64,000 nucleotides of DNA from NCBI GenBank assembly GCA_011049545.1, contig DRHQ01000112.1, positions 1,346-65,345 on the forward strand, read 5' to 3'. The notes under the pieces are model-generated. The model saw nothing but the letters and a program-made list of their open reading frames with translations. It was not told the DNA's origin and made no database searches. The DNA is from Candidatus Aminicenantes bacterium. Lineage in GTDB: Bacteria; Acidobacteriota; Aminicenantia; Aminicenantales; Aminicenantaceae. Position numbers and translations under genes: made by a program. Positions 1 through 9,933 of this stretch are shown here, in pieces (the first letter of the stretch is position 1; every line of letters begins with the position of its first letter).

Positions 1-2
1 AA

Positions 3-1268
3 GTGAGGGGATTAAAGATTTCCATCACCAAAGTTCCCGTGCCAGTTCCCTTTGGTCCAGCCTTTCAAGGCGAGCGAGTTCGAAAGGAAGATATGCATGT
101 GGAGCTCGCAGGCCAACCAAAACCTGGTTTTGAATTTTTGACTTCAAAAGAGTTAGATGAAGTCGAGGATGGGAAGATTGAAATAATTGGGCCAGAGATT
201 GATGAAGTCAAAGAAGGCAGTCAGATTCCCCTTGCTATCTGGGTGGAAGTTGCCGGTCGTGAGATGCAGCCTGATTTCGAACCTATTCTTGAACGTCAGA
301 TTCATGATTTCATAAATTGTGCTAACGGTGTCTTCCATATGGGGCAGCGGGATATCAACTGGGTCCGCATCAGCAAAGAGGCAAAGCAAAAAGGGTTTAA
401 ATTCAAACATTTCGGTTCTATCCTTCATGCCAAAATGCATGGAGAATACGGAAAGATCTTTGATAAAGTGCAAATAAAAATTTATACGCGCGAAAAAGAG
501 ATTCTTGAACTCATCGATATTGCCCGCAATGTCTATCACCAGCGCGATGCCCGCCTGGCTGATATGACCGATGAAGCAGTGGATACTTTTTATTCCTGTG
601 CATTGTGCCAATCGTTTGCTCCGAATCACGTCTGCATCATCACTCCCGAACGCTCTGGGCTATGCGGTGCCTACAACTGGCTGGATGGAAAGGCAGCCTA
701 CCAGATAAATCCCACAGGACCCAATCAGCCGGTAATAAAAGGCAAGGTTATTGATGCAGTGAAAGGTCAGTGGGAGGAAATCAATGAGTTTGTTTTCGCA
801 AACTCGCACAAAAGCCTGGAGTTCTTTAATGCCTATAGTATCATTGAACACCCCATGACTTCTTGTGGCTGTTTTGAATGCATTTCCTGCGTGTTGCCTT
901 CCACCAATGGCATAATGACTGTTTATCGCAATTGTGCAGGAATGACTCCCAGCGGGATGAAGTTTTCAACGCTTGCCGGAACGGTTGGCGGAGGAGCCCA
1001 AACACCAGGATTCATAGGTCACAGCAAGCAATATATCGCCAGCAAAAAATTCATAAGTGCCGATGGTGGCGCCAAGCGTCTTGTCTGGATGGACAGGGAT
1101 CTCAAAGAAGAAATTGAGCCAATCCTTCGTGAAATAGGTAAACAAGAAGGGATAGAAAATTTTTACGATATGATCGCTGACGAGACAGTGGCCGTAACAG
1201 AAGAGGAAGTTCTCGAATATATTACTAAAATGAATCATCCAGCGCTTTCCATGCCGCCTCTATTTTAG
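3..1268 (+). CDS. acsB: Acetyl-CoA synthase (A-cluster subunit of CODH/ACS); N-terminus lies outside the window
   Basis: ORF open to window edge. A-cluster cysteine pattern CALCQSFAPNHVCIITPERSGLCGA (C-x2-C-x8-C-x9-C) plus SCGCFEC (Cys-Gly-Cys Ni site). Followed by cooC/acsD/acsC. Confidence 0.9.
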   Translation: MRGLKISITKVPVPVPFGPAFQGERVRKEDMHVELAGQPKPGFEFLTSKELDEVEDGKIEIIGPEIDEVKEGSQIPLAIWVEVAGREMQPDFEPILERQIHDFINCANGVFHMGQRDINWVRISKEAKQKGFKFKHFGSILHAKMHGEYGKIFDKVQIKIYTREKEILELIDIARNVYHQRDARLADMTDEAVDTFYSCALCQSFAPNHVCIITPERSGLCGAYNWLDGKAAYQINPTGPNQPVIKGKVIDAVKGQWEEINEFVFANSHKSLEFFNAYSIIEHPMTSCGCFECISCVLPSTNGIMTVYRNCAGMTPSGMKFSTLAGTVGGGAQTPGFIGHSKQYIASKKFISADGGAKRLVWMDRDLKEEIEPILREIGKQEGIENFYDMIADETVAVTEEEVLEYITKMNHPALSMPPLF

Positions 1269-1281
1269 GCTTTAGAAGACC

Positions 1282-2034
1282 ATGAAAACGATAGCTATTT
1301 CTGGAAAAGGTGGTACCGGCAAATCCACTCTTGCGGCTTTAATCATACGTTGGCTGAGTGAACATCTATCTCAATCGATTCTTGCTGTAGATGCTGATTC
1401 AAATGTTAACCTAAACGATTTACTCGGAGTACAACTCAAAGAAACTGTTGGCTCCATCAGGGAAGAAATGAAAGCTAAGGTCAATAACCTTCCGGGCGGA
1501 ATGACCAAGCAGCAATTCCTCGAATATAAAATTCAATGCAGTCTTGTTGAAGCAAAGTCCTTTGATCTCATCGCCATGGGACGGCCTGAGGGATCTGGAT
1601 GTTATTGTTATGCCAACAATTTATTGCGGGATATTTTAAAGAGCTTGGGCGAGAACTATGATTTTGTCGTAATCGATAATGAAGCAGGTATGGAACACAT
1701 GAGCCGTCGGACGGCCCAGAATATTGACATCTTGCTGATCGTATCAGGTCCTTCTATCAGAGGGATTCAAACTGCAGGAAAAATAAGCCGGTTGCTTAAA
1801 GAGCTTGAAACCAGGGTAAAAGAAAAGAACTTAATTCTGAATAGAGTGCGCAATTCCCTATCCCGGCCAGTAAAAAAGATGATCGAAGAGGAAGGATTAA
1901 AACTTATTCATTCGATTCCTGAAGATGAAAAATTGCTAGAAATGGATCAGGATGGAAGTCCGATTTGGAAAATCGGCCCAAGATCACCGGCCTACCTGGC
2001 GGTCGATAAGCTCATGAAAAATATTGAATTATGA
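1282..2034 (+). CDS. cooC: CooC/AcsF-type nickel-insertion ATPase (MinD/ParA-like)
   Basis: Deviant Walker A ISGKGGTGKST at the N-terminus and a CYCY (C-x-C) metal motif. 250 aa, begins 13 nt after the acsB stop. Confidence 0.85.
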   Translation: MKTIAISGKGGTGKSTLAALIIRWLSEHLSQSILAVDADSNVNLNDLLGVQLKETVGSIREEMKAKVNNLPGGMTKQQFLEYKIQCSLVEAKSFDLIAMGRPEGSGCYCYANNLLRDILKSLGENYDFVVIDNEAGMEHMSRRTAQNIDILLIVSGPSIRGIQTAGKISRLLKELETRVKEKNLILNRVRNSLSRPVKKMIEEEGLKLIHSIPEDEKLLEMDQDGSPIWKIGPRSPAYLAVDKLMKNIEL

Positions 2035-2055
2035 AAAAACAAAAGAGGTTAAACC

Positions 2056-3033
2056 TTGAATTTTGAAATTCCTAAAGAAACCAACACGGGAAAAATCGTT
2101 GAAGTGACAATCGGTGCAACCGCCGAGCAAGGAGGCACACGTTCCCACACGGTGACAATAGGCGGACACACATCTCTTCCCTTTCATTTTTTTGAAGGTG
2201 AACACCCTCATCGGCCAGTCATAGCCATGGAAGTTTTCGACAAGGTGCCAGCAAAATATCCGGGTTCTTTAATGGACTATTATCACGATGTCATCGATAA
2301 GCCCGCAGATATGGCGAAGAAGTGTGTTGAGGAACATGGGGCAGAACTAATCAGCGTGCGCCTTGAAGGAACTCATCCGGAAAAAGGGGACAAAAGTGCA
2401 GATGAAGCAGCAGAATTAGTCAAACAAGTTCTCAAGAGTGTAAGTGTACCGATCATCATCACCGGTCATAGCCATTTTGAGAAAACCAATGAGGTCATGA
2501 AAAAAGTCTGCGAAGCCGCAGAAGGGGAGAATTGCCTGATAAATTATGCTGAAACGGACAATTATAAAACTATAGCGGCTGCTTGTATTGCCTATAATCA
2601 TACGATCGTGGCTCAATCACCCATGGATGTCAATCTCACCAAACAACTGAATATTCTTTTAACAGACATGAACTTCCCTGCAGAAAAAATCGTTGTGGAC
2701 CCTTTAACAGGAACGCTGGGATACGGTCTGGAATACACCTATTCTATCATGGAACGAATCCGCAACGATGGTTTAGGCGGGGATAAGATGCTCGCATTTC
2801 CGATGCTCATTAATCCAGGCTATGAAAGTTCTAGAGTAAAAGAGGCTAGAGTTTCTAGAGAAGATTACCCTGAGTGGGGTGATCAAGAATTACGGGGTGC
2901 ATACTGGGAAATCGCCACTGCCGTAAGCTTATTAGCTGCTGGGGCAGAATTACTCATCATGTATCATCCCAAGGCAGTAGAAGCTGTAAAAAAGAACATT
3001 AGCGAAGCTTTTGACTTAAAAAATGGAGATTAA
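2056..3033 (+). CDS. acsD: Corrinoid iron-sulfur protein small subunit (CFeSP delta)
   Basis: 325 aa, TTG start preceded by AGAGG. Sits between cooC and acsC, and its stop is 2 nt before the acsC ATG. Size and sequence are family-level consistent with CdhD/AcsD. Confidence 0.75.
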   Translation: MNFEIPKETNTGKIVEVTIGATAEQGGTRSHTVTIGGHTSLPFHFFEGEHPHRPVIAMEVFDKVPAKYPGSLMDYYHDVIDKPADMAKKCVEEHGAELISVRLEGTHPEKGDKSADEAAELVKQVLKSVSVPIIITGHSHFEKTNEVMKKVCEAAEGENCLINYAETDNYKTIAAACIAYNHTIVAQSPMDVNLTKQLNILLTDMNFPAEKIVVDPLTGTLGYGLEYTYSIMERIRNDGLGGDKMLAFPMLINPGYESSRVKEARVSREDYPEWGDQELRGAYWEIATAVSLLAAGAELLIMYHPKAVEAVKKNISEAFDLKNGD

Positions 3034-3035
3034 GC

Positions 3036-4373
3036 ATGCCGTTATCCGGCTTAGACATATTTAAACTATTACCCAAAACCAATTGTGGAGACTGTGGGGT
3101 TCCAACCTGTATGGCATTTGCCATGAAACTGGCCCAAAAAAAAGCCGAATTAAGCGAATGCCCCCATGCTTCTGAAGAAGCTAAAGAAACTTTGGGCGCC
3201 GCGAGTGAGCCGCCTGTGCGATTGGTGAAAATAGGAAAAGCAAAGCCTTTAGAGATAGGAAATGAAACGGTAATGTTCCGCCACGAGAAAACCTTCTTTC
3301 ATCAAACAGGAATTGCTCTTCAACTAAGAACTTCTGAGGATGAGGAACAACTTCTTTCCAAAATAAAAGAGATCGAAAATTACAAAGTCGAGCGAGTTGG
3401 TGAAGAACTCAAGGCGGACCTCTTTTTTATATCCCATGACTCAGAAGAAAAGGATGTTTTTCTTAAGACCCTCCAACTGGTTAAACAAAATTCGACAAAA
3501 GGAATCATACTGGATTGTCCTGATAAAGAAGCCTTAAAAGAAGGCTTAGACTGGCTAAAAGATGAACAGCCTGCAATCTTTCTCAAAGAAGAGGTTACAG
3601 ATAAAGATATCGAGCTGGCAAAAAATCACAACGCCAGTCTTGTCTTGACAGCTTATTCTTTTGATGATCTGGCCCGTCAATCAGAAAAAGCAAAACAAGC
3701 CGGAGTGAATGATCTCATCCTGAATCTGGCTTCCAAGAATGCGGGTCTTCAGCTGCAGCACAACACGATTATGAGAAGAAGTGCGTTGAAGAAAAATTTC
3801 AAATCTTTTGGATACCCTCTTTTCACCTTTATTCAAGGAGAGAATGAATTTGATTTTCTGGCAAAAGCCTCTTTATTCCTTTGCAAATATGACTCTATCA
3901 TCGTCTTACCCCGATTTAATAAGGCCATGCTCTATACTTTGTTCACGCTTCGGCAAAACATTTACACCGATCCCCAAAAACCAATTCAGGTTGATCCTAA
4001 AGTCTATCCAATAGGCGAACCATCGCCAGAATCTCCCGTTTTTGTTACCACTAATTTCTCTCTGACTTACTTTATTGTTTCAGGGGAAATCGAAAATTCA
4101 GGGATTTCAGCTCACCTTGTCGTTTGTGATACAGAAGGTCAATCTGTTCTTACAGCTTGGGCTGCTGGAAAATTTGTCGGAGAAAAGATTGCAGCATTCA
4201 TTAAAGATATCAAGCTGGAGCAGCAGGTTAAGACCCGAAAGCTCATAATCCCGGGGTTTGTTTCTCAAATCAGCGGCGATTTAGAAGAAAGCCTCCCTGG
4301 CTGGGAAGTCATCGTAGGCTGTCAGGAAGCAGCGGATATCGCTTCTTTTGTGAAGACCGTCAAATTAACTTAA
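3036..4373 (+). CDS. acsC: Corrinoid iron-sulfur protein large subunit (CFeSP gamma)
   Basis: N-terminal [4Fe-4S] motif CGDCGVPTCMAFAMKLAQKKAELSECP (C-x2-C-x4-C-x16-C-P). 445 aa. Confidence 0.85.
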   Translation: MPLSGLDIFKLLPKTNCGDCGVPTCMAFAMKLAQKKAELSECPHASEEAKETLGAASEPPVRLVKIGKAKPLEIGNETVMFRHEKTFFHQTGIALQLRTSEDEEQLLSKIKEIENYKVERVGEELKADLFFISHDSEEKDVFLKTLQLVKQNSTKGIILDCPDKEALKEGLDWLKDEQPAIFLKEEVTDKDIELAKNHNASLVLTAYSFDDLARQSEKAKQAGVNDLILNLASKNAGLQLQHNTIMRRSALKKNFKSFGYPLFTFIQGENEFDFLAKASLFLCKYDSIIVLPRFNKAMLYTLFTLRQNIYTDPQKPIQVDPKVYPIGEPSPESPVFVTTNFSLTYFIVSGEIENSGISAHLVVCDTEGQSVLTAWAAGKFVGEKIAAFIKDIKLEQQVKTRKLIIPGFVSQISGDLEESLPGWEVIVGCQEAADIASFVKTVKLT

Positions 4374-4460
4374 ACAGTAAAGCTCGCCAAACAAAGAGGT
4401 GAATATTTCTTTTACGATGATGCAAAAGAATATTATGGACCAGGCTGGAAATAAGGAAAA

Positions 4461-6389
4461 ATGCATAGAATAAAATCGCCGCAAAAAAACAATAAATATA
4501 AGGTTAAATTTTTACCTTTTTCGAGCACCGTCAGTGTTTCTTCAGGCACGAGTATTCTTGATGCGGCCAGAAAAGTGGATCTTTTCCTGAAAACGACTTG
4601 TGGAGGAATAGGGACATGTGGTGATTGTGTTGTTCGAATCAAAAGCGGAACGTATCAAAGCAAGCTTTCATCAGCCCTCTCGGACGAACTCGTTAGACAA
4701 GGATATGCTTTAGCCTGTCAGACAGAAGTCAACGATAATCTTACCATCCAATTGCCGCAGTTCCAGGAACTCTCAATCAAAAGCGTTTCTGAATCTAAAT
4801 TTTTTGAGGAACACAAAAATAGCATATCGGGCATATATGAAATAAATCCTGATGTGAAAAGTATCAGCTTACGGGTCCCTCCGCCTACTCTGGAAGATAA
4901 TTACAGCGATTTAAAAAGGCTTGAACGTGAATTCAGAAAAAAGCTCGCCATAGAAGATTTGAATTGCGAATATTCGGTTTTGAGAAAATTAGCTCATGTT
5001 GTCCGGGAAGAAAAGGGAAAAATCACAATCATATTATTCAAACAGCGCCAAAGCTGGACCATAATTGATGTTAAGGAAGCTAAGGCGGCAAAAAACATCT
5101 ATGGTGTGGCCTGTGATATTGGAACGACTACAGTCGTTCTTTATTTAGTCGAGCTTACAAGCGGCAAAATCTTAAGCACAGCTTCCAGTTACAATCAACA
5201 ATTAAAGTGTGGTGAAGATGTTATCTCCAGAATAAATTACGCCCAGAAACCTGGCCGGCTTCAAGAACTTCACAAACTTATCGTTATGACGGTCAATAAC
5301 CTTATTGATAAGGCAACTCAATCGGCCAAAATTTCAACGGCAGATATATACTCCGCCTCTATATCTGGAAATACGACAATGATTCATCTGTTTTTGAATC
5401 TTGAACCTCGATACATTCGTGAAGAACCTTATGTGCCTACCTTCAACCAGGTACCGATAATTCTTTCTCGAGATCTGGGACTGAAAATGAACCATGAGGG
5501 AAGAGTCTACTGCGGTCCAGCAGTAGGAAGCTATGTCGGAAGCGACATAACAGCAGGATTACTCTGCACACCTCTTGTTCGTGATTCCAAAAAGATCTCC
5601 TTATTTATTGATGCAGGCACCAACGGCGAACTTGTTGTCGGAAACAGTGATTGGCTTATGACTTGTGCCTGTTCTGCTGGGCCTGCTTTTGAAGGCAGCG
5701 GAATAAAGTGCGGGATGCCGGCTACAGAAGGGGCTATCGAACAGTTAAAAATAAAGAACAATGGCGATCCGGAATATAAAGTCATTAATGGCAGCCAGCC
5801 CAAAGGATTGTGCGGATCAGGGCTGGTTGACCTTTTGGCAGAATTATTCATCCATGGTTATATCGATCGCCACGGAAAATTCAATGTGCAGAAAGCCAAA
5901 GATAGACTTATCGAAGATGAAACCGGCACAGCATTTCTCATAGAAAAGGCAAACAATTCTTACTGGGGTAAAGATCTCATCATAACTGAAAGGGATATTT
6001 CAAATCTTATAAGAACCAAAGGAGCAGTATTCTCTGCCTGTTCATTGTTGCTGAAAAACGCAGGATTGACTTTTGATAAAATCGACGCTTTTTACATTGC
6101 AGGCGGGTTTGGTCAGCATTTAAACATCGAAAACTCCATCCGCATTGGTCTTTTACCCGATCTCAAGCGAAACAAGTTTCATTATATCGGGAATAGCTCT
6201 CTTCTCGGGGCCTATCTCATTCTTCTTTCTGATAAGAACAGAGAAATGGTCAACGAAATTTCAAGAAAAATGACCTACATCGAATTGAATACAGAACCAA
6301 GCTACATGAACGAATATACTGGAGCATTATTTTTGCCTCATACAAAGATGGAGCTTTTTCCATCGGTAAAACAAATACTTAATTCCTGA
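4461..6389 (+). CDS. acsV: Reductive activator of corrinoid protein (RACo): 2Fe-2S ferredoxin domain plus ASKHA ATPase
   Basis: N-terminal plant-type ferredoxin cysteines CGGIGTCGDC ... ALACQ. ASKHA phosphate motifs CDIGTTT and IDAGTNGE. 642 aa, AAGGA upstream of the ATG. Confidence 0.75.
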   Translation: MHRIKSPQKNNKYKVKFLPFSSTVSVSSGTSILDAARKVDLFLKTTCGGIGTCGDCVVRIKSGTYQSKLSSALSDELVRQGYALACQTEVNDNLTIQLPQFQELSIKSVSESKFFEEHKNSISGIYEINPDVKSISLRVPPPTLEDNYSDLKRLEREFRKKLAIEDLNCEYSVLRKLAHVVREEKGKITIILFKQRQSWTIIDVKEAKAAKNIYGVACDIGTTTVVLYLVELTSGKILSTASSYNQQLKCGEDVISRINYAQKPGRLQELHKLIVMTVNNLIDKATQSAKISTADIYSASISGNTTMIHLFLNLEPRYIREEPYVPTFNQVPIILSRDLGLKMNHEGRVYCGPAVGSYVGSDITAGLLCTPLVRDSKKISLFIDAGTNGELVVGNSDWLMTCACSAGPAFEGSGIKCGMPATEGAIEQLKIKNNGDPEYKVINGSQPKGLCGSGLVDLLAELFIHGYIDRHGKFNVQKAKDRLIEDETGTAFLIEKANNSYWGKDLIITERDISNLIRTKGAVFSACSLLLKNAGLTFDKIDAFYIAGGFGQHLNIENSIRIGLLPDLKRNKFHYIGNSSLLGAYLILLSDKNREMVNEISRKMTYIELNTEPSYMNEYTGALFLPHTKMELFPSVKQILNS

Positions 6390-6447
6390 TTAAGGTTAAT
6401 TTTATCAGATAACATGAAGACAAATATATTTATTAAGGAGGAATAGA

Positions 6448-7350
6448 ATGAATACATCTATTTTCGATTTAATTAAAGAGCAAACTGTTCTCCTTGATGG
6501 CGGCATGGGCACAGAGCTCATAAATCATGGCTTTCCTCAAGGAGTATGCCCCGAATCATGGAATGTGGAAAAACCGGATATAGTCAAAAAAATCCATAAA
6601 AGCTATTTCGATGCTGGTTCTGATGTTGTTCTCACCAACAGTTTTGGAGGAAGCAAAATTAAACTTTCCTCTCATGGCTTAGAAAAAAGATGTTATGAAT
6701 TGAATCTTGCTGCGGCTACTATTGCCAATGAAATCAAACCAGAAGGAAAACTTGTTGCTGGTAGCATGGGCCCCACCGGAAAATTCCTTCAGCCGCAGGG
6801 AGAGTTCACTGAAGAAGAATTTGAAGAAGCTTATGCTGAACAGGCCAAAGGCTTAACTGATGGAAAAGTAGATTTTTTATTGATAGAGACCCAGTACGAT
6901 TTAAAAGAAGCGCTTTGTGCTCTGAGAGGATCAAGGAAGTCCACGGATTTGCCGATTTTTGTGACTATGACCTTCAACCATCATCCAAGAGGCTTCTTTA
7001 CCCTGATGGGCAACAGTGCCGCCCAATGCGTTCAAGAACTTGAAAGAGAGGGTGTTCCTGCCATTGGAGTAAATTGCACTTTAAACAGTGCTGAAATGGT
7101 TGATTTGATTAAAATCATGCGAGAAAAAACCGCTCTCCCTCTCATTGCTCAAGCGAATGCTGGGAAGCCTTCTCTTTCTGTAGAAGGTGAGGTGTCTTAT
7201 TCGCAAGAACTGGAAGATTATGTTCGCTATATTCCCCATATGATAGAGAACGGTGCCAATCTTATCGGTGGATGCTGCGGCACAAACCCAAGCTACATAA
7301 AGAAAATGGCGGAATTAATAAAAAACTTTAAGCCCGAAAAAAAAGTCTGA
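6448..7350 (+). CDS. Stand-alone homocysteine S-methyltransferase-domain (Zn-thiol methyltransferase) protein
   Basis: LLDGGMGTEL near the N-terminus. Zn-ligand cysteines in GVNCT and GGCCGTNP, as in the MetH Hcy domain, BHMT and MmuM. GGAGG 7 nt upstream of the ATG. Last gene of the acs-strand block. Confidence 0.75.
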   Translation: MNTSIFDLIKEQTVLLDGGMGTELINHGFPQGVCPESWNVEKPDIVKKIHKSYFDAGSDVVLTNSFGGSKIKLSSHGLEKRCYELNLAAATIANEIKPEGKLVAGSMGPTGKFLQPQGEFTEEEFEEAYAEQAKGLTDGKVDFLLIETQYDLKEALCALRGSRKSTDLPIFVTMTFNHHPRGFFTLMGNSAAQCVQELEREGVPAIGVNCTLNSAEMVDLIKIMREKTALPLIAQANAGKPSLSVEGEVSYSQELEDYVRYIPHMIENGANLIGGCCGTNPSYIKKMAELIKNFKPEKKV

Positions 7351-7405
7351 TAAATGTAATTGGAAATAAATCTCATTTTATCACGTATCCTGGGAGCAAA
7401 GCTTA

Positions 7406-9781
7406 TTAATAAGAGAGTGTTTCCTGTAATTCTCTTGCTTTATCAACGTGCTGTCGAGATTCTTCGTATCTTCCCAATCTGTTATAGATATCAGCCAGGA
7501 CAAAATGGGCGAGAATATTCGCTCTTAACTCAGGTTTTAGTTCCAATCCTTTTTGAGCAAGCTTCTCAGCCTCATTTAGATTCATTGCATTATCCATGTA
7601 AACTTTGGCTAAAAAAACATAAGCATCGGCATATTCTTCCTTCTTCTCTATACAGCTTTTGAATTCTTTTATGGCTTTTTCCAATTCTTTTGCCTTTGCA
7701 TACAAAAGACCTAGATTGAAATCCGGCATGTGGTTAAATGGACTTGTTTCTTGCTCTTTCTTGTATTCTACAACAGCCAGGTTAAAATCCCCTCTTGCCT
7801 CATGAAGTAAAGCCAGATTGAAATGAGCATTAAGAAGGGGAATGCTTCTCTCAAAGCTGAGGGCTGTAGTAATCTCATTTTCTGCTTCATCAAGCATTTC
7901 TCTCTTAAGATACACTGCACCCAAATTATTGTGAAAAATAGGAGCTTCAGGATCGATAGTCACCGCAGACTTTAAATATCTCATGGCCTCATCCAGCTCA
8001 CCTTGCGCTTCATATATATTTCCTAAATGTAAAAAGGGTTTCGTGTCCTTTGGGTCAATATCGATCAACCGCTTAAATCCCACGATAGCTTCGTCATATT
8101 TCCCAGATTTTTTATAGGCTAAAGCAATTCCAAATATAGACTCATAATATTCGGGATCAACTTCAAGGGCTTTTTTGTACTCCTCAATCGCCTCATCATA
8201 TTTCTCCTGCTTGGAATAAATATTTCCAAGGATATAACGGGCCTCAAGAACAGATGGATCTTTATTCAGGACATCTTTGATCTTTTTCTCAGCCTTCTCC
8301 ATTTTATCCTCTGTGACTAAAAACTGAGCTATCTTTATCTCGTTATAGAGTTCAATTCTATCTTTGGGATCTGCCAGTTTTTCTCCTTTCTGCTTTGAAG
8401 AAGCGCGGAAAGACCCTATATATCCTAAAGCTTGAAGTTTGACCAGTGAATCATTGTCAAGTTTTTTCGGCCCTGCTTCCTCAATTCCTTCCGCAGAATA
8501 TCTATCTATTAGTGCCTCTAACTCTCTTTTCATTTCATGACCGAGTGCAGCTTTCTTATTGACCAGATTATTCAATTCTCCAGGATCCTCCAGAATATCG
8601 TAAAGTTCCGGCTTGGGAGCATCTATAAACTTGTACTGACCTTTGCGAAGTGATTTTAACTCGCTCCAGCCATAATGATACCTGGGCCAATAAGTCTCGC
8701 TGTAGGCTGAAAGCGCCTCTGCTCCCTGGTTTCCCAATATAAGAGGTAACATGCTTTCCCCTTGAACACTTTCGGGAGATCTTCCACCAAGAATATTCAG
8801 GATAGTCGGCATAATATCTATGCTTCTTACCTGGTTTGTGATTACACTTCCCTGGAATTTATTCTCTGGAAACCTAATAATAAGAGGCACTCTGATATCA
8901 GAATCATAGATAAAAAAGCCATGAGCGCTTTCTTTGTGTTCTCCAAGGCTTTCTCCATGATCACCAGTAAAAATAATCAAAGTCTTATCTAACAAATTTT
9001 TCTCTTCCATAAAATTTCGAAAATCGCCCATAAGAAGGTCAACATACGCTATTTCACCATCATAGAGTCCGGAACGGCTGCCCTTGTATTGCGTTTTATA
9101 CGGTTCAGGAGGATCATAAGGAGTATGGGGATCATAAAGATGAATCCAGGCGAAAAATTTATCTTGGTAATTTTTCTCCAGCCATTTGCAAGCTTCAACA
9201 AGCACCTCATCTCCTCTCCTCTGGACTGAGTCAAGGCTTATGCTTTTATACTTAGTCAGGTCAAAATTGTCATAGTAATAATCGAAGCCTTGATCGAGTC
9301 CCCAGCGGGAATCAAGGACAAAAGCACCAACAAAAGCTCCAGTCGAGTAGCCATTGGTTTTTAAAGCCTCGGCTAAAGTGATGTGTTTCTCATCAAGGTA
9401 AAATCCCCCGTTGTCCCGTATACCATGATAGAGAGGATAAGTTCCGGTAAAAATAGAAGAATGGGAAGGAAGAGTTAGGGGAGTTTGAGCAATGCTATGT
9501 TCAAAAAGAATTCCTTCACTGGCCAATCTATTGATATTGGGAGTTTTTACTCTATCATACCCATAACACTCCAGATGGTCTGCTCGAAGAGTGTCTATGG
9601 TAAAAAGAACGATGTTCATTTGGTCAATATCCACAGGACTCATCTGTGACTCGAATGATTCAAATATTTTGGCAGATGATTCTTTCCTGAGATTCGGTTT
9701 GATGAGAAACAAAAAAGCCAAAATACAGAGGGAAATGATGAGAAAAGAACAGAGAATAATAACTTTTTTATTCTTGCTCAT
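7406..9781 (-). CDS. Membrane-anchored sulfatase-like (alkaline phosphatase superfamily) domain fused to a long C-terminal TPR array
   Basis: N-terminal TM helix. Metal/nucleophile region FTIDTLRADH ... TPLTLPSHSSIFTG and GDHGES. About 300 aa of TPR-like repeats (YxxALxxxP pattern) at the C-terminus. Confidence 0.7.
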   Translation of the reverse strand: MSKNKKVIILCSFLIISLCILAFLFLIKPNLRKESSAKIFESFESQMSPVDIDQMNIVLFTIDTLRADHLECYGYDRVKTPNINRLASEGILFEHSIAQTPLTLPSHSSIFTGTYPLYHGIRDNGGFYLDEKHITLAEALKTNGYSTGAFVGAFVLDSRWGLDQGFDYYYDNFDLTKYKSISLDSVQRRGDEVLVEACKWLEKNYQDKFFAWIHLYDPHTPYDPPEPYKTQYKGSRSGLYDGEIAYVDLLMGDFRNFMEEKNLLDKTLIIFTGDHGESLGEHKESAHGFFIYDSDIRVPLIIRFPENKFQGSVITNQVRSIDIMPTILNILGGRSPESVQGESMLPLILGNQGAEALSAYSETYWPRYHYGWSELKSLRKGQYKFIDAPKPELYDILEDPGELNNLVNKKAALGHEMKRELEALIDRYSAEGIEEAGPKKLDNDSLVKLQALGYIGSFRASSKQKGEKLADPKDRIELYNEIKIAQFLVTEDKMEKAEKKIKDVLNKDPSVLEARYILGNIYSKQEKYDEAIEEYKKALEVDPEYYESIFGIALAYKKSGKYDEAIVGFKRLIDIDPKDTKPFLHLGNIYEAQGELDEAMRYLKSAVTIDPEAPIFHNNLGAVYLKREMLDEAENEITTALSFERSIPLLNAHFNLALLHEARGDFNLAVVEYKKEQETSPFNHMPDFNLGLLYAKAKELEKAIKEFKSCIEKKEEYADAYVFLAKVYMDNAMNLNEAEKLAQKGLELKPELRANILAHFVLADIYNRLGRYEESRQHVDKARELQETLSY

Positions 9782-9933
9782 TTATAACCTTCTCCATTTT
9801 TTTTACTTTATATGATAGCCATAAATTGTCGATTAAGTAAAGGGAAGGTTAAGTCCTATAAGCATCTTTTGGCTTGAATTTATTATCAAATGAGATTATT
9901 TTATTTAAGCCTGGATTATTCACAGAGTGGATT

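Noticed and set aside
7360-7662. 100-aa plus-strand ORF after the Hcy-methyltransferase gene.
   Set aside because: It is almost entirely antisense to the TPR tail of the 7406-9781 gene, and there is no SD.
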